Source of the DNA: a virus
Taxonomy: Duplodnaviria > Caudoviricetes
DNA: 64,000 nt
Reading direction: 5' to 3' (one strand)
IMG/VR virus record: IMGVR_UViG_3300010327_000802
Span: 1 to 64,000 of that record
Positions within the stretch are counted from its first letter, which is position 1; every line of letters begins with the position of its first letter. This document shows, piece after piece, positions 19,731 to 28,671 of this stretch. The position numbers and the translations under genes are program-made. The notes under the pieces were generated by a model. That model searched no databases. It was not told the origin of the DNA and was given only the letters and a program-made list of their open reading frames with translations.

Positions 19731-20924
19731 CTAGTAAGCCCCTACATAATTTTTCATATAGACATCATCCATAATGTCTTTAACCCCCTTGTAGGAAAAC
19801 TCATATGTTCTTCCTATAGAATCATAAAAAATACCTACAGGGGTGTTTTCTTCTTTCTTCCATGGAATAATAAGCACTTTTTCTATAGAACCATAAGCAT
19901 TCTTAAAAGGAAACTTTACTCGTGCCATTACATATACTATGTCGTTTCCCTCTTGTAAAATATTGGCATACCTTAAATCAGCCCCCAATTTAAACAAATA
20001 AAAAGTAACTGTATCTAAAATACTTCCATATTTATTCCCAACTTTATAACTAGCATTTATTCTAGAAACATCAACAATAGTATTATCGTATTGAGGTTTC
20101 TTAGATCTATTTCTTATAAAATCATCAATTAGTTGAGTTAAATTCCTAAATGCAGGTAAATCCATTCTTTCTATTGCACTAATAAGCTCTTTTTCATAGG
20201 TTGTAAGTTGTACCCGTTCAAGAGGATCTAAAAAGAATCTTTCTTTTGGTAAACCAAAGGCTTCCTGGGGGAAGTTTGCTTCCTCCCTATTCCCTCCAGC
20301 TTGTTCAGTTGCTTGATCTCCTGCTTCGCCTCCACCAAAACCTCTTTCTCCTAAACCACCTCCGCCTCCTAATCCAAGATTACTTAATGCAACTTCATTA
20401 ATTTCTTGTGATTCTTTACTAATAGAAGAAATATGAAAATAAAATTTATTAACCCCAATATCGGATATAGCAGTTACCAAATCATCTACTATATCCTTAT
20501 TTAAAGTACTTGCTATTTTTATCACCCTTTCCGCATAAGTTTGCGGGGGTTCTTCCTTCTTTGGATAAAGCTTATACTTATCAATAAAATTAATGATATC
20601 CATATTACTCTCCTTTTTTGAAGCAACAAAGGGGTTTAAAAGCCTTCTTACTATCCTCCATTCAGGGTTAGTATGCCTCTTACCCCTATCGCTCCAGTCT
20701 GGTTGTAATGTTGGTCGTGTTGAAGGCATTTGCATATTCATATGGTCTAATAAACGTTGAACATACTCCGAACTTCTTGAGTAAGGAGTTTTTGTTATCC
20801 ATTGAATAGGATCCATACCTCTTTTAACTGGAACATTACGTTTTTTCTTTAAATTTAGACGCTCAATCAGCTTTTCATAAGGAAATTCCATATTACTCAT
20901 TAGAGGTTTCCTTTTTTTCTCCAA
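19731..20924 (-). CDS. Putative prohead core protein with Gly-rich linker
   Basis: KIAS motif; GLGGGGGLGERGFGGGEAG segment. Confidence 0.65.
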   Translation of the reverse strand: MEKKRKPLMSNMEFPYEKLIERLNLKKKRNVPVKRGMDPIQWITKTPYSRSSEYVQRLLDHMNMQMPSTRPTLQPDWSDRGKRHTNPEWRIVRRLLNPFVASKKESNMDIINFIDKYKLYPKKEEPPQTYAERVIKIASTLNKDIVDDLVTAISDIGVNKFYFHISSISKESQEINEVALSNLGLGGGGGLGERGFGGGEAGDQATEQAGGNREEANFPQEAFGLPKERFFLDPLERVQLTTYEKELISAIERMDLPAFRNLTQLIDDFIRNRSKKPQYDNTIVDVSRINASYKVGNKYGSILDTVTFYLFKLGADLRYANILQEGNDIVYVMARVKFPFKNAYGSIEKVLIIPWKKEENTPVGIFYDSIGRTYEFSYKGVKDIMDDVYMKNYVGAY

Positions 20925-21384
20925 CAGCTAAACGTAAATTAGTAGGCAGTTCATATGTTCTTGCTCCATCTTCCCACTCTACTAAACAAAGAGGAATTCT
21001 TCTCCTTCCGCTATATTCAATTAGACGAACAACTCCTTTTCTCTTACCAAGGTACACTTTGCTAATAACTACATCTCCAACAACAGGAATAAAGTCAAAC
21101 CTAAAAAATGTAGGATCTTCAGAAAACATTTCATCAAGTTGTTCAAAGACATCTATCTCTTTATTTTTATTTCTATTTACAAAGTCCTCTAATAAACCGT
21201 TCATTTTTAGAAAATTAGATAAACTATCTTCCCCAAAAATATGGATATACTCTGAGTAACCCCCTTCTTTTTTTATTTCAATTAGATAAGGATACACATT
21301 AGTCATAAAAATAACGACATCACAAACAAAAGGAGAGTTGGAAAGTTTTACTCCTTTCTTTTCGTAAATTTTTTCTTTTATCAT
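20893..21384 (-). CDS. Hypothetical protein with C-terminal SH3/KOW-like barrel
   Basis: VGDVV...KGVV...CLVEWEDG pattern. Confidence 0.55.
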   Translation of the reverse strand: MIKEKIYEKKGVKLSNSPFVCDVVIFMTNVYPYLIEIKKEGGYSEYIHIFGEDSLSNFLKMNGLLEDFVNRNKNKEIDVFEQLDEMFSEDPTFFRFDFIPVVGDVVISKVYLGKRKGVVRLIEYSGRRRIPLCLVEWEDGARTYELPTNLRLAVGEKKETSNE

Positions 21385-21387
21385 AAA

Positions 21388-22311
21388 CTAACCTCCTTTA
21401 ATCACTTCTTTTAACAATTGGGATATAACCTTAGGGTCTATTGAGGATTGTTTGCGTATATTGTTTAATATGGATAAAGCATTCTCCCCAGATAATTTAA
21501 GAAAAGTAGCTATATCACTTACTGGAATATTACCTTTCTCAAGCAGCTTAGTAACTATTAATTGAGCTACATAAGGATCAGTTAATACTTCTTTAAGAAT
21601 ATTTACCATATCAATAGACAAAGTATTTTCATTCTCTTTCATTTGATATCCTTCTTGCCCCATGAAAGCTTTCTCTTGTTCTGATATAGGTCTAAAACTC
21701 ATAGGTCTTAAAACTTCCAGCTCTGTACCAAGAATACTATCATCTGCAATTTCTGGGTAAGGCTTAGAGTCCCATTTTACAATATACATTTTAGAGGATC
21801 GAGCAATATCTATAACAACACCACGTTCTTTATTGTTTTTATTATAAACAAAATCCCCTATTGCAAATCTAGGAAATGGCTTTAATTCCTCTGTTTCAAT
21901 CTCAGTACCTTTAGAAGGAACAACCATTTGTGGAGAAAGTTGAGTTGGAATGGGTGGGATATCTGCCTCTTTAACTTTAGAAGCTCTACTTATCGGATTA
22001 AAAGAATTGTTTAATTCACCAAATTTAAACTTAGCTGGAACATACTTAGTATCTTCCCCCTCCAATGTTTCTACAATAGAAGCCTTAGAAATGAGATGTT
22101 CTGTAGGGCTATCTAATATTGGAGTTTCTTCCTCATCGAAAAGATCTACTAAATTATCTATATCTTTATTTTCTTCTTTCTCTAAAGAGGCAATTTTTTC
22201 AAAAATATCTAATTTAGGATAAAATTCTGCCTCTTTTTCATCATATAAACTTTCAAAAGCCTCCTGAAGAAGCTTCCAGTCTCGAAGTTCTTCTTCTTTC
22301 CTATTCGGCAT
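21388..22311 (-). CDS. Putative head core protein with SH3/Tudor-like domain
   Basis: KIAS and KEAD motifs; FAIGDFV...RGVVI...YIVKWD pattern. Confidence 0.6.
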   Translation of the reverse strand: MPNRKEEELRDWKLLQEAFESLYDEKEAEFYPKLDIFEKIASLEKEENKDIDNLVDLFDEEETPILDSPTEHLISKASIVETLEGEDTKYVPAKFKFGELNNSFNPISRASKVKEADIPPIPTQLSPQMVVPSKGTEIETEELKPFPRFAIGDFVYNKNNKERGVVIDIARSSKMYIVKWDSKPYPEIADDSILGTELEVLRPMSFRPISEQEKAFMGQEGYQMKENENTLSIDMVNILKEVLTDPYVAQLIVTKLLEKGNIPVSDIATFLKLSGENALSILNNIRKQSSIDPKVISQLLKEVIKGG

Positions 22312-22313
22312 AT

Positions 22314-22880
22314 TTAAAACCCTCCTTCCTTATATAGTCCTGGGGTTATATTTTTTGCAGTCTTAAACTCCCAAGACGGTCTAGTTGGAATTTTTAATAG
22401 TCCACTTTGGAATTTCTTTAGCGTTTCTAAACTTCTTTTTAAAATTTCTTCATAAAACTCAAATAAAACTATGTCAGTTTGTTCTCCTATTCCCTTTATA
22501 TTTAAGCTAATTGGGATGTCTTCTTTCTCACTTTCTTCAACTTGTCGTGCTAAATCTGGGAAATTAATAGGTCTTTCCTTTTTTTCCTTCTCTAGGTGGT
22601 CTAGTCTCATATAGATTACCTTAATGGATTCTGCTACCCACTCTTCGAAAGTGGACTCTGTATTCCATCTTTCTTCAGAAAAGGCTTTTTTCTCCTGTAG
22701 GTTAACCGCCTCTAGAAAATTTTGGTAAGACATGTATATAAAGTCCTCTTCAGACCATTGTCTCACCTTTTCTGCTAGATAAACTCTCCAATTCTCATAA
22801 CCTTCCCTCTCTGCTATTTTTGTTAAATAATTAATTACTTCACTTTCTTCAAAAATCTTGCCTTCTATATTTATTTGCAT
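22314..22880 (-). CDS. Hypothetical head-cluster protein
   Basis: 188-aa ORF with RBS; KKAF and KTAK motifs. Confidence 0.7.
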   Translation of the reverse strand: MQINIEGKIFEESEVINYLTKIAEREGYENWRVYLAEKVRQWSEEDFIYMSYQNFLEAVNLQEKKAFSEERWNTESTFEEWVAESIKVIYMRLDHLEKEKKERPINFPDLARQVEESEKEDIPISLNIKGIGEQTDIVLFEFYEEILKRSLETLKKFQSGLLKIPTRPSWEFKTAKNITPGLYKEGGF

Positions 22881-22890
22881 ATTCTCCCCC

Positions 22891-23190
22891 TTAGCCTGTT
22901 ATACTTTTTACAGCCAAAGTAAGATCTTTAAAATCATTTATAAGATCTACCCCAAATACTTGTGAGGTCCATATATGTTCCATAAACCATTTAAGGATAG
23001 TATCTAATTCTTCAGGGGGAATCCTCTTTGGATCAAGGGATTCCTCTAAAGAAATCTTACCATATTCCTGAGCTTTATCTAAAATATATTCCCAAGGAAT
23101 ATAGTCTAATGAATACTCTAAAATTTTTTCTGAACCAAAATATAAGTTCCAAACATTTTCACTAAAAACAGCTTTAAACATTACTAACAC
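22891..23190 (-). CDS. Hypothetical protein
   Basis: AGGAGG RBS; in operon. Confidence 0.7.
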   Translation of the reverse strand: MLVMFKAVFSENVWNLYFGSEKILEYSLDYIPWEYILDKAQEYGKISLEESLDPKRIPPEELDTILKWFMEHIWTSQVFGVDLINDFKDLTLAVKSITG

Positions 23191-23584
23191 CTCCTAATTT
23201 TTCAGTAATAAAAGGTACTACAGAATAAACTTTATTTTCAATCTTAAACGTATAATGAGGAAAATTAAGTTTCTTATTGATAGTTACATAGCCCCCATTA
23301 TACATTCGCCTAAAAACCTCCTTTTCAGTTTTAGGCACCTTACCAAATATAATATTTATTATTTTATTAGATATTTCATCTATTTCTGTTAAAGTAAAAT
23401 TGATAGTGTCCCAGCACATTACCCCTTCAAATAGGGGAAAGTCTATACCCCCATTTATATTCCACCTTGCAACTTCGGTTGGTATAACAGCATATTTTCT
23501 ATTAAATTTATCAAAAATATTCACTAATAAACATTCATCAAAAATTTTATTTTTATCTGAAAATAAAATTATGTTTATATTCAT
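23174..23584 (-). CDS. Hypothetical protein
   Basis: 136-aa ORF in operon; no free RBS upstream (hairpin instead). Confidence 0.65.
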   Translation of the reverse strand: MNINIILFSDKNKIFDECLLVNIFDKFNRKYAVIPTEVARWNINGGIDFPLFEGVMCWDTINFTLTEIDEISNKIINIIFGKVPKTEKEVFRRMYNGGYVTINKKLNFPHYTFKIENKVYSVVPFITEKLGGVSNV

Positions 23585-23589
23585 ATCTA

Positions 23590-23621
23590 TTAGGGGGGAG
23601 ACTATGATATCTCCCCCCTAA
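23590..23621. other. G/C-run stem-loop
   Basis: 12-bp stem TTAGGGGGGAGA/TCTCCCCCCTAA with 8-nt loop; no U-tract. Confidence 0.65.
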
Positions 23622-23627
23622 CAATGT

Positions 23628-24311
23628 TCACTCTTTACCATCAAACGTAGAAACGTCCTTCGTCTGAGGTGTTTCTTCCTTATTACCCAACTCTTCTCTA
23701 ATATAATTTATCTCCGCTGCGGAGAAAAACTCACTTGGGTTCATAGCTACTTTTTCTAGGAAAGCTTCAAACGGAAATATTCTAGACATCAATAATAAAT
23801 TTCTATTAATTCCTTCTGGACAGGACATCATTAGATATTGTGATACTTCATACCAAAACTCTTCTGTTTTCGTTTTAGCAAGCAGCCTTTCTTTTAATTC
23901 TTCCTCTGTTAATTTAGACTCTTCTAACGAGTCCTCTTGGTATTCTCTAACAATTCTATCCACAAAACGGCTTGCAATAGTTTCAACTGCTTCTTCTATA
24001 GCCTCTCCAAAAAATCCCTCTAGCTCTTGAATCCACATATTGAGATCTGAGGAGGGTTCATACCCAAAGAAAGGCTCCCTTTCTCTGTTAGAAATAGCAT
24101 AACATAAATCGTATGCCCTTTCTACAAGAAATAGATTATACTTATAGTATAGAAAAAGCTCTAATTCAGTATTTCTTTCTATTAGATTAACTAATTCATC
24201 ATAAGAAAGCGAAGAAGTTTTCGAGGTCCCTAAGGCTGAAAGCTTTTCTATAACACGTTCCAATTTATTCTGTATTTTAATAAATCTATTAGGTAGTCTC
24301 TTATTTCTCAT
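23628..24311 (-). CDS. Hypothetical head-cluster protein
   Basis: 227-aa acidic ORF overlapping its upstream neighbour. Confidence 0.7.
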   Translation of the reverse strand: MRNKRLPNRFIKIQNKLERVIEKLSALGTSKTSSLSYDELVNLIERNTELELFLYYKYNLFLVERAYDLCYAISNREREPFFGYEPSSDLNMWIQELEGFFGEAIEEAVETIASRFVDRIVREYQEDSLEESKLTEEELKERLLAKTKTEEFWYEVSQYLMMSCPEGINRNLLLMSRIFPFEAFLEKVAMNPSEFFSAAEINYIREELGNKEETPQTKDVSTFDGKE

Positions 24312-25926
24312 CTTTTTTCTCCCGATAAGGAGATTTCCTTCTATTTCTATTTCTGTTAAATAGCTCTTTACGTATGTCCTTACGCTCTTTCCCTATTAAA
24401 TCGTTTTCCTTCCCATTTTCTTCGTCCTCTTCCTCTTCCTTTTCCTTTTCTCCCTCGTCTTCTTCCTCTTCCTTTTCCTTTTCTCCCTCGTCCTCTTCTT
24501 CATCCTCTTCCTTTTCTTCCTCGTCTTCTTCCTTCTCTTCCTCGTATTCCTTTTCTACCTCGTCCTCTTCTTCCTTTTCCTTTTCTTCCTCGTCTTCTTC
24601 TTTCTCTTCCTCTTCCTCGTCTTCTGTGTCTATAAATACCTCAATTTCCCCAATACTGTCGGTTTCATCTTCCGTCTCTTCCTCTTCTTTCTTAATACGA
24701 GAAAAATCAATACGCTTATCCTCAACAGACTTTGTTATAATATCTGTAATAGTATCAAGTGTTTCCTCTATTGCCGAAGCCATCTCTTCAAATTTTGATA
24801 AAAAGTCCTCTATAATCTTCTGCATACTTGTATCAAGTACAGCCTCTCTTCTTTGTAGGGACGCATAGGCAGGAGCGGTAAGTCTCCTTTCATACCTTTC
24901 TTCTACTTCCTCTTCTTCCTCTTCCTCAAATTCTACCCCTTTAATTTCAGCATACTCTAATATCTCTATATTATAATCATCTATAAGATCTTTCCATATT
25001 TCAAAATAAACATCCAAAGCTCTAATTACATAGTTTATATACCTCCCGAATACCAACAAATCTCTCAAATAAGGTGAAGCATATTTTGAAAAATGTTTAT
25101 AGGAACTAAGCTTTCTAACTTCGACATAATTTAAAACACTCTTTGCTATATCTGCGAGACAATCGATTAATCTTTCTACCTCTTTTGAGGAAGAAGAACT
25201 AATTATAGATCCAGTCTCAAACCCAATTAACACTTCCTTACAATTTTCAATAATCTCCCTACCAATCTTACCCTTCCCTAAAGCTACTTCCTCTAGGGCT
25301 TCTCTAATTAAGGCTCTAAACTTACGTGCCTGCCTAGAGTTTCCGGCGGAAGAAGCTAACTTCTCAGCAATAGCGTAAACTATATTATAAATACCAGACT
25401 TAGGTATTCCCCCACCATAACTATATACAGATACTTGTAGTTTTCTTTTATCCCCTTTGGGATGGATAACATAAATCTTGTCATCAATTAGTTCAACCTC
25501 TTCAGCCAAATTGTAAAGACTATTTATAGCTTTATCAAGTTCTATTTTTACCTTTTTAGTCAAAGCTTCCATTTCCTCTTTTGTTTCTCTAGCTTCGGGG
25601 TTTGTCGCATAAAACTTTTCGGTAAGTTTTTCCATACGATTGGTTAAATCTGCAATCCTTTTTTGTATTTCATCCTTTTCTTTAATAAAATTATATATAG
25701 CATTAAAGTACTCTTTCGCCTCACCCTCAACTGTGATTTCTTTTATAGTTTCTCCAAGAGGAACAACTGGCTTAGTTAAACGGGGTCTTTCCTCTGTTCT
25801 ATCCAGAAATTCCTTTTTACTTTCAGGAGATACAATTTTTTTCTTGATATCATCAACATCGGCTATTTTGCGGATTATCCTATCCGCATTCTTTTTTTCT
25901 CTCAGAAAGTCTTCAAATCTACTCAT
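24301..25926 (-). CDS. Putative prohead core protein with coiled coil and poly-Glu/Asp tail
   Basis: KIAD, KLAS, KYAS motifs; about 90-aa E/D/K low-complexity C-terminal region. Confidence 0.7.
   Translation of the reverse strand: MSRFEDFLREKKNADRIIRKIADVDDIKKKIVSPESKKEFLDRTEERPRLTKPVVPLGETIKEITVEGEAKEYFNAIYNFIKEKDEIQKRIADLTNRMEKLTEKFYATNPEARETKEEMEALTKKVKIELDKAINSLYNLAEEVELIDDKIYVIHPKGDKRKLQVSVYSYGGGIPKSGIYNIVYAIAEKLASSAGNSRQARKFRALIREALEEVALGKGKIGREIIENCKEVLIGFETGSIISSSSSKEVERLIDCLADIAKSVLNYVEVRKLSSYKHFSKYASPYLRDLLVFGRYINYVIRALDVYFEIWKDLIDDYNIEILEYAEIKGVEFEEEEEEEVEERYERRLTAPAYASLQRREAVLDTSMQKIIEDFLSKFEEMASAIEETLDTITDIITKSVEDKRIDFSRIKKEEEETEDETDSIGEIEVFIDTEDEEEEEKEEDEEEKEKEEEDEVEKEYEEEKEEDEEEKEEDEEEDEGEKEKEEEEDEGEKEKEEEEDEENGKENDLIGKERKDIRKELFNRNRNRRKSPYREKKDEK
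24422..24497. repeat. 33-bp tandem repeat (about 2.3 copies) within the acidic low-complexity tail
   Basis: tcgtcctcttcctcttccttttccttttctccc at 24422 and 24455 (1 mismatch), partial at 24488; encodes EDEGEKEKEEE units. Confidence 0.85.
25073..25100. repeat. Dispersed 28-bp direct repeat, copy 1 (copy 2 at 32024-32051)
   Basis: ggtgaagcatattttgaaaaatgtttat; encodes KHFSKYASP. Confidence 0.95.
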
Positions 25927-25928
25927 TT

Positions 25929-27215
25929 TTACACCTCCCTAGTGCCATACTTTCTACGTTTTATATATGCACACATTTTCTTAGCCCGTTCAAGAGACAA
26001 GTTCTTTTCACTCATAAAATATCTAACACACCCACAGAACTTGGACTTTTTTTCTGGAGCATCTGGACAAGTCATTTCTTTAAATGACCCCTTTTCTGTT
26101 TGATACTTTTTGTTCTTTGGTTTAGCGGCTGTTTTTTCTAAATCAGCAAAATTTGTTAAAATATCAGCTGCTTTTGAAAATGAATTAGTTGCATTAATAA
26201 AATAATCATATACCTTGTTAGAAAGGTCTTCTATAAGATTTTTGTAATAATTAACCTTAGTAGAAGCAATTTTTGTAGAACCTATACTTTGATCTTCCAA
26301 GATAGAAGATGCAAGGTCAACTAAATCAAGCACTAGAAGTAGACCCTCTCTACCTACAGAAGAAGCTGCTTTTGATAAGAAATCAGCTGCTTTTTCTATA
26401 GAATAAATTCTCTCTTCATATTCCCCTAATCCTTCTGATTCCTCTACCTCTTCTGCTTCATACAAATCTCCGTACATTTCTCCCAACTCCTCTATTCTTT
26501 TAATAAAAGAAAAGTATCTTTCTTTCGCAACTTCTCTAGCCTCTTCGTATTCATCCTCTGTATAAAAATCAATTATTTCTAGACCAGAAAAATCACAAAA
26601 GGCTACAATATTACCACGCATTCCTTTAATTTTCTTTATTTCTTCATCCGTAAATCCGAAATCTTCATCTTTAGCAAGATAAACTATTTCATCATCAATT
26701 ATTATATACTTAACTGGATGTAAATCATCTGAAATAGAGTAGAGGTCTTCATAACACTCTGAGCTTTCATCTTCTTCAGCACACAAATCTTCTATCCTTC
26801 TCCATTCGGAATCAGAAATAAATTCTAAATAGATGTCGGACTCTTCCTCAGGTTCAATATTTTCAGTTTCTAATATAACTTCAAGGAAATCTTCAAACTT
26901 TGTTTTAAATCCGAGTTTTACTCTAGAAAGTGAACTAAGCTTTTTAGAGTCTATTTTATACCCCCTTCTTTTAAGCTCTCTTATTAACGGAGCCCTATTT
27001 ACTTCACTAACTTTCTTTTCCTTGAAAAATCTATCTAGCTTTTCCGTAATATTAGACCCCTTTTTAGGATTCTTAGCCCACTTAATAAAATTATCAGCAT
27101 GGGTTGAGGGAGATACTTCTCCACTCTCTTTTTCTTTCTTAGCCACTTCGCCAGTTTTACCACCTTGCTTTAATAGATTTTCAAGGTGGGAAAATAATGC
27201 TTCGATATTACCCAT
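25929..27215 (-). CDS. Putative prohead core protein, acidic centre and C-terminal Cys module
   Basis: KAAD, KAAS, KIAS, KTAA motifs; KFCGCVRYFM...AKKMCAYI. Confidence 0.65.
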   Translation of the reverse strand: MGNIEALFSHLENLLKQGGKTGEVAKKEKESGEVSPSTHADNFIKWAKNPKKGSNITEKLDRFFKEKKVSEVNRAPLIRELKRRGYKIDSKKLSSLSRVKLGFKTKFEDFLEVILETENIEPEEESDIYLEFISDSEWRRIEDLCAEEDESSECYEDLYSISDDLHPVKYIIIDDEIVYLAKDEDFGFTDEEIKKIKGMRGNIVAFCDFSGLEIIDFYTEDEYEEAREVAKERYFSFIKRIEELGEMYGDLYEAEEVEESEGLGEYEERIYSIEKAADFLSKAASSVGREGLLLVLDLVDLASSILEDQSIGSTKIASTKVNYYKNLIEDLSNKVYDYFINATNSFSKAADILTNFADLEKTAAKPKNKKYQTEKGSFKEMTCPDAPEKKSKFCGCVRYFMSEKNLSLERAKKMCAYIKRRKYGTREV

Positions 27216-27217
27216 AG

Positions 27218-27595
27218 TTACCTTTCCTCCTTTAATACATCTAACTTAAACCTATTTTTTTCACAAATTTTTTCAAACTCCTCCTTATAATACTTCCCCA
27301 TTAATTCTAACACAGAGAATATTATTCTCCATTCACTGAGATTAGAATCTCTTAAGAGTTTAAATATAAACTCTAACTCTTCTAGAGTAAAATTTTCTTT
27401 ATCCTCTAATATCTTCTTTGTTAGCGGATAAAGAATTGCAATTTCCATAGAAGTGGGAGTATGTTTATCCAATAAAGAAACTATTACATCTTTTACAGTA
27501 ATAACAATTTCCTTTTCTTTATTTTCTTCATCTTTGGCTAAAACTACTAATACTCTGCCAAGTAAATCTCTTACTGGTTCTTTTAAAAATGACAT
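27218..27595 (-). CDS. Hypothetical protein, first gene of the head cluster
   Basis: AAGGAGG RBS after a 150-bp intergenic region. Confidence 0.75.
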   Translation of the reverse strand: MSFLKEPVRDLLGRVLVVLAKDEENKEKEIVITVKDVIVSLLDKHTPTSMEIAILYPLTKKILEDKENFTLEELEFIFKLLRDSNLSEWRIIFSVLELMGKYYKEEFEKICEKNRFKLDVLKEER

Positions 27596-27748
27596 ATAAG
27601 CCTCCTTTTTTGGCTAAATATTTAGTGAACTACGAAATATGATTCATCCAAAAATTTAATTTATTTCTTAGAAACCCTCTATTAACCTTCTTTACAAAGA
27701 AATATATTTAGAATTTTCAACATAAGAGGGTTATAATAAACAATATAT

Positions 27749-28036
27749 TTATTTTTCCACCCCCAATAAATGAATATCTATATCAATATCACCACTGTAA
27801 GATTCAACAACTACTTTTACAGATTTAGCATAAGGAAAAGCATAATCACTAGAATCAAAAATAGCATCCTCTTCTAATAAAACTATATAGGAATAGATAT
27901 TATAGTTTTTATAAAATACCTCTCCGTCTGGAGAAAAAAGAAACGTAACGTCTACACTAACATTAGACTTATTTTTCACATAAACAGAATACCTTGAGTA
28001 TTTTTCAACTTCAAATACCTTCTCTATTTTTGCCAC
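27749..28036 (-). CDS. Small beta-sandwich virion protein
   Basis: YSVYVKN...VTFLFSPDG pattern; resembles 37568..37936. Confidence 0.55.
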   Translation of the reverse strand: MAKIEKVFEVEKYSRYSVYVKNKSNVSVDVTFLFSPDGEVFYKNYNIYSYIVLLEEDAIFDSSDYAFPYAKSVKVVVESYSGDIDIDIHLLGVEK

Positions 28037-28037
28037 A

Positions 28038-28259
28038 TTAACCTCCCCAAACCTTCTTCCAATTGCTTTGGTATTTTACATACAATTCTTTTACCTTAGT
28101 CCAAGTACCATTAGACTTCATATATATATCTTTTAAATTAGTCCAAAGATTTTCTACCTTTACATAAACTCGCTTAACAGCACTTACAACCTTGCCTAAC
28201 CCTACAAAATAGCTATCACTTGAACAATTCCTTTTTAAAAAACCTATAAAATAGCTCAT
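28038..28259 (-). CDS. Small fibre-associated protein
   Basis: Repeated YVK...W motifs (VYVKVENLW, IYMKSNGTW, LYVKYQSNW). Confidence 0.55.
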   Translation of the reverse strand: MSYFIGFLKRNCSSDSYFVGLGKVVSAVKRVYVKVENLWTNLKDIYMKSNGTWTKVKELYVKYQSNWKKVWGG

Positions 28260-28669
28260 GTCAAAATTATCTCTCGAATATAAGCAGGAACTAATTCAGA
28301 ATAGTGAGGACGATTAAAGCTACCTATAAATAAGCCACTATAGCTTACAGAAAAGTTAATTGTTATCTGTTGTTCAACCATATTCCTTATTTCGGGTAAA
28401 GTTTCAACAAAGATATGTTCTCTTGTAGAAAAGTCTGAAAGAATAAAACAAAATTTACTTGAAACACTTCTAGCCATAAAGGAAAGAGTATAAGAACCAG
28501 CGGGCAAATCAAGTACAAATTCATAACTACCTCCAACTATAATATAACTAACTGAATCAATAGTAATAGTAGTATCGGCAGCACGGGTATATAAACTATT
28601 AAAAATTGTTGCCAACATATCTCCAAAGTCAGTAATAGGTGGGAAAAGAAATCCGTCATAGTCAGCCAT
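28256..28669 (-). CDS. Putative virion accessory protein (carbohydrate-binding-like beta fold)
   Basis: Start reassigned to MADYDGFL after GAGG; LPAGSYTLSFMAR pattern. Confidence 0.55.
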   Translation of the reverse strand: MADYDGFLFPPITDFGDMLATIFNSLYTRAADTTITIDSVSYIIVGGSYEFVLDLPAGSYTLSFMARSVSSKFCFILSDFSTREHIFVETLPEIRNMVEQQITINFSVSYSGLFIGSFNRPHYSELVPAYIREIILT

Positions 28670-28671
28670 AT

